NCBI GenBank assembly: GCA_025677605.1
Contig: GCA_025677605.1_4110.1
From: a phage
DNA length: 64,000 bases
Direction: 5' to 3' (one strand)
In this document: piece by piece, positions 47,681-56,200 of the stretch
Layout of the letters: the number at the start of each line of letters is the position of its first letter
How positions within the stretch are numbered: the stretch's first letter is position 1
Notes under the pieces: generated by a model
The model's input: the letters and a program-made list of their open reading frames with translations, nothing else
Told to the model about the DNA's origin: nothing
Database searches by the model: none
Translations under genes and position numbers: made by a program

Positions 47681-48295
47681 TTACTGTAGTTGTACACGAA
47701 CAGTATATTTTATTTGTAAAACACGGTTCGCACTTTTCTCTACTGGGTGGAAAATAATATGAGATAACGGCATACCATTATCACCATCAGTATATAAACC
47801 CAATTCATCAAACACGTAAGTACCGTCCATGTTAGTACTTGAACTTGTATTCTGGTCTACTGGTTCACCTAGTCCCAAAGTACAAATACAAACGATATCG
47901 GTGTATGCTTGACCTGGAATATGAACAGTTGTGATGTTATTATATTGTGAATCAATGCTACTTGAGATTCGTGGGTTTATTTTCTTCAAATATGTTTGTG
48001 AATATAGACCACCAAATGAAGTTACACGTGGTTTTTTGTATGTTACACGCCCAGTACTCAATACTACAGTACCACCGTTACCAAAACGCATTTCTGATAT
48101 TGAACCAACTGGGATACCAGAACTATCTTGGTTATATGCTAGTGCGTTAGCGATTGCAGTACTCATGTTTTCTGGGTGAATTGCGTTCGATTTATCGAGC
48201 ACAATTTTTTCATTCGCAGGATCAGTAACGTCAGTAATTAGTACATGACCCTTAACGAACAGTTTTGGTTGTTCTGTTTCTAATTTCATTTCCAA
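47681..48295 (-). CDS. Hypothetical virion protein
   Basis: 204-aa ORF in tight operon spacing; no motif recognised. Confidence 0.35.
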   Translation of the reverse strand: MEMKLETEQPKLFVKGHVLITDVTDPANEKIVLDKSNAIHPENMSTAIANALAYNQDSSGIPVGSISEMRFGNGGTVVLSTGRVTYKKPRVTSFGGLYSQTYLKKINPRISSSIDSQYNNITTVHIPGQAYTDIVCICTLGLGEPVDQNTSSSTNMDGTYVFDELGLYTDGDNGMPLSHIIFHPVEKSANRVLQIKYTVRVQLQ

Positions 48296-48298
48296 TCC

Positions 48299-48796
48299 TT
48301 AAAAGTTTATTAAAATTTCTTCAATTTTTCCAGCCATACTCTTTTGAATATCAGTTGGATTCTGACTAATGTAATTACGGTCGATGCCAACTTTCAAATA
48401 TGTAAAATTACCAGTTAGTGTTTCTGCAAATGTGCCAGTTGTACCATGCTCAAGCATACTATCGCCATTATTTGGGTTGTAAATTCTGGTATCAGTAAAT
48501 TCCAGATAATAATTACATGATTCGGTAAATTTAATCGGGAACCAATCATCATCAGTTGGGTTACTAGCTAATGTTGCTAACACATAAATTCTTCCAATAA
48601 ATTCACGTAATGTGAAGGAAATTGTATGTAGACCAGTTGTACTACCATAGTAGCCACCGCTTGCCATTGGTAATGTCACTTCGTTCCAGTGATAATCGTC
48701 ATTTGATGGATACCAACTATCAGAATCTGGAAAATCCTGAATAGCTCCATCTTTTCCTTTGCGTTTGAAAAGAAAATTCTTTGATCTTAAAGCCAT
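48299..48796 (-). CDS. Hypothetical virion protein
   Basis: 165-aa ORF, first gene of the operon; late-promoter-like element upstream. Confidence 0.35.
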   Translation of the reverse strand: MALRSKNFLFKRKGKDGAIQDFPDSDSWYPSNDDYHWNEVTLPMASGGYYGSTTGLHTISFTLREFIGRIYVLATLASNPTDDDWFPIKFTESCNYYLEFTDTRIYNPNNGDSMLEHGTTGTFAETLTGNFTYLKVGIDRNYISQNPTDIQKSMAGKIEEILINF

Positions 48797-48828
48797 TGTT
48801 AAGCCCTTTTGTGTAGTGAACTTTCATT

Positions 48829-48836
48829 TATTTATT
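48829..48836 (-). promoter_or_regulatory. Candidate late promoter (AATAAATA on minus strand) for operon 48796->46573
   Basis: Plus strand TATTTATT about 33 nt upstream of the 48796 start. Confidence 0.35.
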
Positions 48837-48862
48837 ATTGGTCTTCGTTGCTGCATTGAACA

Positions 48863-48870
48863 GATAAATA
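48863..48870 (+). promoter_or_regulatory. Candidate late promoter (GATAAATA) for collagen-like gene
   Basis: About 36 nt upstream of ATG 48906; divergent from the preceding promoter. Confidence 0.35.
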
Positions 48871-48905
48871 TTCCTATATGATAACAATTCATAAAGGGAA
48901 TAATT

Positions 48906-50033
48906 ATGACAATTTCATTCAACAATGGGTCTGGCGGTTCATGTAACAATTCTGGTATTAAGAGTTTAGTAATTAACTCTGCTGGTCATTTGATTGTAAC
49001 ATTCGCTGATAATACAATACAAGATTTGGGTCTAGTCGTTGGACATGACGGTACTAATGGTAAAAATTTCTATCCTGATGATGTTGGTATGGAAATACCA
49101 GACGGTACATTTGCAGTTGATAAACCAGAAGGTTGGTGTTATTTAAGTCTAGCAAATGGAACTGCAAAACTATATTTTAAAACAAATGATGCTGGTGTAG
49201 CACCAAGTACTTGGAACACAGTAGAATTTGGTAAAGGTGATACTGGTGCACCAGGTAAATCATTTAAAATTGATTCTTCTGGTCCTGTTTTCCCAACCAC
49301 TGGTCTATTTGACCAATATACTTTCTATAATACTTCCGATGGTAAAGTGTATTTTTATAATCAAAAAGCTGGTTCATGGAGTAATGGTATTGATTTCCGT
49401 GGTGAACAAGGTCCACGTGGTCGTTTCCATATTGACAGTGATGGTCCTGCTTTCCCAAGTATTGATAACTTACCAGAAGATTATTGCTTCTATAACACGA
49501 CTGATGGAAAACTATATTACGTAGATATTAATAAGCAAACCACCCCTCCAACAAAAGAATGGAGTGAAGGTATTGAGTTCCGTGGTAAAGATGGTGAACC
49601 TGGTCCAGAAGGTAAGCAAGGTGATCCGGGTCAGAATGGTAAAGATTCAATTATCGTTGTAAACACGATTGATCATTCATGGACCAACGCAGTATTGGTG
49701 ATCGGTACATGCCCAGCAGGTTATGTAGTAACTAATATTGAAGTTGATATCACCCAAGCTTATATTGACCCTGTAACTGAAATGCACATTCGTGTAGGTG
49801 GGGAAGCACAAGAAGATATCGGTGGTACTATTATTGCACCAGTTGATTATTTTGATATCAACCGTGCACTACGCTTTATCGTTAATGAAACAAACCATGA
49901 ACCGTCAGCAGAAGATGAAATCATTGCTTGTGTTTTTAATGAATCAGTTAATAACAGTAATTATGGTCAAATGAAAGTAATTTGTACTCTAGCATGGCAA
50001 GCACCAATCCAACCAATTGAAAACAACATCTAA
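48906..50033 (+). CDS. Collagen-like repeat-containing fibre protein
   Basis: Gly-X-Y runs (FRGEQGPRGR; FRGKDGEPGPEGKQGDPGQNGKD) and duplicated motif FYNTSDGKVYFYN / FYNTTDGKLYYVD. Confidence 0.5.
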   Translation: MTISFNNGSGGSCNNSGIKSLVINSAGHLIVTFADNTIQDLGLVVGHDGTNGKNFYPDDVGMEIPDGTFAVDKPEGWCYLSLANGTAKLYFKTNDAGVAPSTWNTVEFGKGDTGAPGKSFKIDSSGPVFPTTGLFDQYTFYNTSDGKVYFYNQKAGSWSNGIDFRGEQGPRGRFHIDSDGPAFPSIDNLPEDYCFYNTTDGKLYYVDINKQTTPPTKEWSEGIEFRGKDGEPGPEGKQGDPGQNGKDSIIVVNTIDHSWTNAVLVIGTCPAGYVVTNIEVDITQAYIDPVTEMHIRVGGEAQEDIGGTIIAPVDYFDINRALRFIVNETNHEPSAEDEIIACVFNESVNNSNYGQMKVICTLAWQAPIQPIENNI

Positions 50034-50046
50034 GGGGGATTGATTA

Positions 50047-50120
50047 ATGGCAGTTTTTTCTAACTTTGAAGGGACAATGAAAACCAAGTTTATACTTGGT
50101 AAAAATGGGGCATTAATTAA
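50047..50120 (+). repeat. Shared 5' module (copy 1) of the two tailspike genes
   Basis: atggcagttttttctaactttgaagggacaatgaaaaccaagtttatacttggtaaaaatgg is ~80% identical to 52236-52300. Confidence 0.6.
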
Positions 50121-52218
50121 TTATGCTAACAATTCCCTGTCTATTACAGATAGTTTCGGAAGCATCTTATTGCCCGTACAAGTTGGTGAACCGATTAATG
50201 ATAATTCAGCGATTACTGCAAAGTATCTCGCTGACCACCCAACTGTATTATTTGGGAATGAAATCCCAGATAATAGTCTTGGTAAGGATAATTATACTTA
50301 TTTGCAATTAGACCAAGAAAGTGGTGGTATCCTAGATATTTTCGCTAAGAAGAATGGTGCATGGATAAAATCAATGTATGTTAATACTAAAGTATTATCC
50401 AGTACTAATGGTTCTGATTATATTGGTTTGGTTTCTGGTGGAACACTACAACAAGCTTTGTATTATATAACACCTGAAGAATTTGGTGCTATCGGTGATG
50501 GTATTGCTGATGATACTGACGCAGTTCAAGCTTGTGCTGATTACGCTAAAGCTCATGATATCCAAATACAAGGTAAAGGTGTTTATCGTTTATCCAAAGC
50601 AATATATTTTGAAAATATTGAATGGTATGGTGGAACATTAACTGGCACTGGTAAAACAATGATATCAGCAACCAACTGTAAAATACAAGGGGCAAACATT
50701 GCTCGTAGTTATATTCAGTTTTCTGGTGGTAATGGTAAGTTCTATTTCAACCGCTTTTATGGTACAACATTCACCTGTGCATTCTTTATGCGTGATTTAA
50801 CTTCAGAAGGTATTCTCGACTTTTGTTTCAATGAAATGTACGATGTTAACTTTGGTGTTCTACAGCAAGGTGGTAGTGGTGAAATAGTAAAATATGCTCG
50901 CTATGCATATAACCATATTCACGATATCTATGGTGATGGTATTGAATTAAACGTAGTTTCAAGACACTTCACTGATGGTCTAATCATTGAAGGAAACCAT
51001 ATTGAAAACGTTGATGGTACTAACGCTCCAATCCCACTATCAAACTGGGGTATCGGTATCGGTGTTGCTGGTAAAGGTCCATATGGAGTTGATATTCCAG
51101 ATAGTCAATATGTTAAAAACTTCACTATTGCTCGAAATAGAGTATATAACTGTCGTCAATGTATACACGTTGAAGTCGGTAAGAATTTTAATATAATAGA
51201 TAATGAGACATTTCCATCAACCACAATATCAACTGGAACTGGCTTAACTGCCGCAGGTATCATCACTTATGGATGTCAAGATTTTGTTGTTGACGGATTA
51301 ACTGGTCGCTATTTGGATGATCCAGCAACTGCACCAACAAACAGAATGATTAAATTTACATGGGGTGTTAACCCTGCTGATGCAACACACCAATATGCAT
51401 GGTATGCAGGTCCACCAAAAGATTTTAAAGTTCAAAACGTTTTCATTCCTGAATCTAGTATAGAAATATACACATCCGGTGCAAACGCATGGACTAACGA
51501 AACTGATATGCACAATATAACTTGTGAAAAATTATATTGGCGTGGATTACCATCATCATCAAAATTCAGTAAAATTTATACAAAAAATTTAGATGTAATT
51601 GGTCAATATCAAGATGGTGAAGGTGGTGGCGTTTATACCAGAACTAATTATACATATACCAGTTGGATTGGTAATATAGTTCAAGATGACGCTAATATAT
51701 CAAATTATTCATTCTCACGAATGTATGTTGATAGAATAGATCAATCTGGTAATAACTTCACGGTAACAACTGAAATAGATGGAACTGGTCACCGTGGCCC
51801 AGTACTGATACCAGTCACGGAGCAATATTATCTACCTTATGATGAATTCCCAGGTGGTAGATATTTCCCCAAAGGAACAATTTTACACAAACAATCTGGG
51901 GGTAAATATGTAGTAACAGTAGCTGGTGCATTCGTAGGAAAATATGAACAGCTTAAAGCAGCAGTAGTTGGTGCTAAAACTATTAGAACACATAACACTG
52001 CATGGGGTACAAACCAATATGCTAAAGCAGCAGGTACAAGAATTGTAATTCCTGGTGCTGGTGAAAATGGAACTGATCTCCACACTCATATAACACGAGC
52101 TACATACGTGGTCAACTCGGTATTTTGCATTGATATAGCAGATGAAATAAAAACTGCTTTCCCTGATGGGACTCCATTGTTAGCCGAATCCCCAATTACA
52201 TACATTACACTTCCATAA
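50047..52218 (+). CDS. Tailspike with pectate-lyase-like (right-handed beta-helix) domain; candidate depolymerase
   Basis: ITPEEFGAIGDGIADDTDAVQACADYAKAH is the typical start of pectate-lyase-3-type beta-helix domains; N-terminal 25 aa shared with gene 52236. Confidence 0.55.
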   Translation: MAVFSNFEGTMKTKFILGKNGALINYANNSLSITDSFGSILLPVQVGEPINDNSAITAKYLADHPTVLFGNEIPDNSLGKDNYTYLQLDQESGGILDIFAKKNGAWIKSMYVNTKVLSSTNGSDYIGLVSGGTLQQALYYITPEEFGAIGDGIADDTDAVQACADYAKAHDIQIQGKGVYRLSKAIYFENIEWYGGTLTGTGKTMISATNCKIQGANIARSYIQFSGGNGKFYFNRFYGTTFTCAFFMRDLTSEGILDFCFNEMYDVNFGVLQQGGSGEIVKYARYAYNHIHDIYGDGIELNVVSRHFTDGLIIEGNHIENVDGTNAPIPLSNWGIGIGVAGKGPYGVDIPDSQYVKNFTIARNRVYNCRQCIHVEVGKNFNIIDNETFPSTTISTGTGLTAAGIITYGCQDFVVDGLTGRYLDDPATAPTNRMIKFTWGVNPADATHQYAWYAGPPKDFKVQNVFIPESSIEIYTSGANAWTNETDMHNITCEKLYWRGLPSSSKFSKIYTKNLDVIGQYQDGEGGGVYTRTNYTYTSWIGNIVQDDANISNYSFSRMYVDRIDQSGNNFTVTTEIDGTGHRGPVLIPVTEQYYLPYDEFPGGRYFPKGTILHKQSGGKYVVTVAGAFVGKYEQLKAAVVGAKTIRTHNTAWGTNQYAKAAGTRIVIPGAGENGTDLHTHITRATYVVNSVFCIDIADEIKTAFPDGTPLLAESPITYITLP

Positions 52219-52235
52219 TAAGGAGATATTTCAAA

Positions 52236-52300
52236 ATGGCAGTTTTTTCTAATTTAGAAGGAACTTTGAAGAAGAAATTTATTCTAGGTAAAAATGGTGC
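52236..52300 (+). repeat. Shared 5' module (copy 2)
   Basis: See 50047-50120. Confidence 0.6.
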
Positions 52301-53138
52301 ACAATTCACAACAAATGGTGATATTGTGCAAATCCAAGATTATTCTGGAACACGACTTCTTCCGGTTTCTGCTGGTGACCCAACCGCAAACACACACCTA
52401 GTAACCTTAGCATATTTTAATGCTCATGGTGGTAGTGGTGCAAGTGGTATTTTGCGTGGTGATATCGCTCCTGCTGATACACTAGGAACTGATGGTGATG
52501 TTTATTTTATGGTTGATGCAACCAACATCGTTCAAATATATATTAAAGACCTTGGGATTTGGAAACCATTTAATGGTGGTGGTCCAGTAACCGATAGTCC
52601 TTATGTAACTTCATTCTCTGTCCCTGTTGCAGCATTTGTTCTTATTCCTGGAACAGTCGATGAATATACATATACCATTCCTGAATCACAACATGACCGT
52701 GGTCGTGACATTTTAGTTCAAATGGAAGATACACCAACAGACGGTAATCCAAATATTCGTAGTGTGGTTAATTCCGAAATTACAGTGTCTGGATTTGGGG
52801 ATATTACAATTAAAATGCTTGGCCTCCCAGATGGTATTACTGAGGTTAAAGTTAATATTATAGGAGCAACCGCTATGACTACCCCATACGGAAAATTGAT
52901 TAACAAAGCAGACTGGATTGCTGCTGCTGATAAATTCACTTACACTGTCACTGCTGATACACATAAACAAAGTCCTGATTCTTTGTACGTGGCAATCTAT
53001 GGTAATGATGTACCTGGTTCAACAGCATCTGCACCGTTTGATTTGGTATTCGTGGATACACAAATTGATACAGATGGTAATGTTACTTTTGTATCTGATG
53101 AACAATTCAGTGGTAAGATTGTTATCGCTGGGAAATAA
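52236..53138 (+). CDS. Second tailspike / receptor-binding protein with the same N-terminal anchor
   Basis: MAVFSNLEGTLKKKFILGKNGA vs MAVFSNFEGTMKTKFILGKNGA in the preceding gene; different C-terminal domain. Confidence 0.5.
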   Translation: MAVFSNLEGTLKKKFILGKNGAQFTTNGDIVQIQDYSGTRLLPVSAGDPTANTHLVTLAYFNAHGGSGASGILRGDIAPADTLGTDGDVYFMVDATNIVQIYIKDLGIWKPFNGGGPVTDSPYVTSFSVPVAAFVLIPGTVDEYTYTIPESQHDRGRDILVQMEDTPTDGNPNIRSVVNSEITVSGFGDITIKMLGLPDGITEVKVNIIGATAMTTPYGKLINKADWIAAADKFTYTVTADTHKQSPDSLYVAIYGNDVPGSTASAPFDLVFVDTQIDTDGNVTFVSDEQFSGKIVIAGK

Positions 53139-53145
53139 GATATAT

Positions 53146-53178
53146 GCCAGGTATGATGTCTTAGTGCCTGGCTTTTTC
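53146..53178 (+). terminator. Possible terminator after second tailspike
   Basis: GCCAGG...CCTGGC stem with long loop + TTTTTC. Confidence 0.3.
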
Positions 53179-53187
53179 ATATATACA

Positions 53188-53195
53188 AATAAATA
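53188..53195 (+). promoter_or_regulatory. Candidate late promoter (AATAAATA) for the 1847-aa fibre gene
   Basis: About 58 nt upstream of ATG 53253. Confidence 0.35.
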
Positions 53196-53252
53196 ATTAC
53201 ATATTAACACAGTTAATAAGTATTTTAATTTTACCCAAATGGAGGGAAATGA

Positions 53253-56200
53253 ATGTACTCGATAAAAACAGATCTAGCAGTAACTGGTAATACTAATGTT
53301 GGTAAAGAATTATCAGTTAAAGGTAATGCGGTCTTCGATAAAAACGTAACCATTAAGGGGACCGTTAGTTTCGCTGATGCTACCTTCACTGCAATTACAG
53401 TAGATCAAGCAACAATCAACACAACACTCGATGTTACAGGCAAAGCGTCACTTAAGGGTGGAATGGATGTACTTGGCAATACAGTTATTGGTAATACTAC
53501 TGCTGGTTCCGATACAGCAACTATTAATTCCAATGCTACTTTTAATGGCACTTCTACTTTTGCCAAAGATATTACACAAACATCAGGAAAAGCAATTTTT
53601 CAAGATACCACCACTTCTGCATTAGAAGTTAATGGTACAACAACATTAAATGGTAACCTCACTGCTGCGGCAGCAACCACTGCAAGCTTTGATAAATTAA
53701 CTGCTAATGAAGCAACCATTGCAACTGTATCAGCAACTGATATTACTGCAACTGGTGCAACCGTTGAGAATCTAACTGTAACTGGTAAATTAGATGGTGA
53801 TTTCACATTAGGGGATGTTAATACCGATAATTTAGTTGTTGAAAAACTATCTACATTAAAAGGTGCTGTAACCCTAGAATCAAACATCATTGGTACTAAT
53901 ACTGTAGCAAACCTAAAAGCTGTATCTTTGGGTTCTAATGCAGCGGATTCGACTGCACGCCTAGGCTTTGCATATACTGCTCCTGGTTTACGCCCAACTG
54001 TAATTCTACAAAACGAAGTACAGTCCGAGCTAATGACACCAGCAAATCTAACAGTACTTAAAACTGCTACATTTGGTGATGTATCAGCAGCAACCAATGG
54101 TATTACCGCAAAAGGTTTGAACCTATTTGATTACCTAACACTTTCTGGTAACTCAATACAAGATCCAACCACACCAATTCTACGTGTAACTAAAGGTAAA
54201 ACACAATTAACTGACCTACAAGTTGATGGAACTACTAATATTACTGGTAAAACTACTGTTGGTGATTTGGATATTACTGGAACACTATCAGGTAACTTTG
54301 TACTAAGTGATATTACTGCGGATAATTTAGTTGTTGAAAAACTAACTACACTAAAAGGTGCATTAAACCTAGAATCTAATATTGTTGGTTCAACTGCGAA
54401 TGCTAATTTAAAATCTGTCACTTTAGGTGGAAACGTAGCAGACACGAATGCTAAAGTTAACTTTACATATACTGCTCCTGGTTTACGTCCAACTGTAATT
54501 CTACAAAACGAAGTACAGTCCGAATTAATGACCCCAGCAAATCTAACAGTGCTGAAAACTGCTACATTTGGTGATGTATCTGCATCTACCTACGGTATTA
54601 CAGCAAAAGGTTTGAACCTATTTGATTATTTGAAAATAACTGGTAATGCGGTACAAGATCCAAATACATTAACTCTAGATGTGGATGGTAAGGCTCAATT
54701 CAAAGACGTTAATTTCACTGGTACAGTTACTGGTTTTGTTCCTGACATTTCTGGTCAAGATATTACACCTAAAGATGTAACTGCTTCTGGTAATATTAGT
54801 GGTGTTAATCTAGATGCTTCTGGTACACTAACAGTTGATGGGGATTCCGTTCTAAAAGGCACAACTATAACTGATTTGACTGTTACTGGAACTACAACTG
54901 GTATTACACTAGCTGGTCAAGACATTACTCCTAAAGATGTAACTGCATCTGGTAATGTTAAAGGTGTTGACGTAACTGCATCTGGAAACCTAACAGTTGA
55001 CGGTACTACCACATTGGTTGGTAACACGGTAGTTGATGGTTTATTTGAAGTTGTTGGTCAAACAACCACTGTTAAAGATTTGAACGTTACTGGTACACTA
55101 TCTGGTGCTGCAATTAAAGCAAACGTTGATGGTCTAGACATTCTACCTAATTCTGTAACCACAACTGAAGAAGTTGCAGTGGGGACTAATCTAAGTGTTG
55201 GTGGAAACGCACTCTTTAGTGGCTTGAAAGTTGAAGTTACTGGTAAAGTTACTGGTGTTGGTTCTGATGCATTAGAAACTGGTTCAATTGAATCTGACGG
55301 TACTATCACTGCCCCAAATATCACAGCAACTACTAAAGTGACCGCAGCTTCCGCACAAATTACCGGAACCGGAACTGGTCTAAGTGTAGATCATAATGCA
55401 TCAGTTGGTGGTGATTTAAATGTTACTGGAACTTTAACGGCTGGTGTTATTGACCTAAGTGCGGCTGATGTAACTGTTAAAACACTTGATGTATCTGAAA
55501 GTGCACATGTAGGTGGAAACCTAACTGTTGATGGTACTGTAGATTTAAGTGCAGCAGATGTAAGTGTTAAATCTTTAACTAGTGCTGGTCCTGTGATTAG
55601 TAATGATGCTACTGGAACTAACATTCTACCAAAATTACAAAGTACTGATATTACTACAACTAACAGTACAACTGGTACAGCAACAGTAACTACAGCAAAC
55701 ATTTCTACATTAAATGTTACTGGTGAAAGTACATTGGCTGCTGTTTCTGCTGTTTCTGTAACTACTCCTTCTATTGTTAATACCGATGGTATTAATTTAG
55801 AAAATGATACAGTTGCACATGGTGACCTAACTGTTAAAGGTACATTTACACCTGAAGGTGGATTAGATTTAAGCCCAGTTGATATCAGTTCTAAATCATT
55901 AACAACAACTGAAGGTGCAACCATTGGTGGAAGCTTAACTGTTGATGGTGCAATTAATGCTGCTGCGGCAGATCTAACTGTTAAATCACTAACTTCTTCT
56001 GGTGTTATTACTGTTACTGAAAATACTGAACCAAGTATTCTACCAAAACTAACAAGTACTGAAGCAACCGCTGGTAAATTGAATGTTACTGGTGATGCAA
56101 CAGTCGGTGGTAAAGCGACCGTTTCTGGTGCACTTGAAGTTACTGGTGCTTCAACATTTGGTAACGCAGTAACTGTAAACGTCGGTGGTATTACTGCTAA

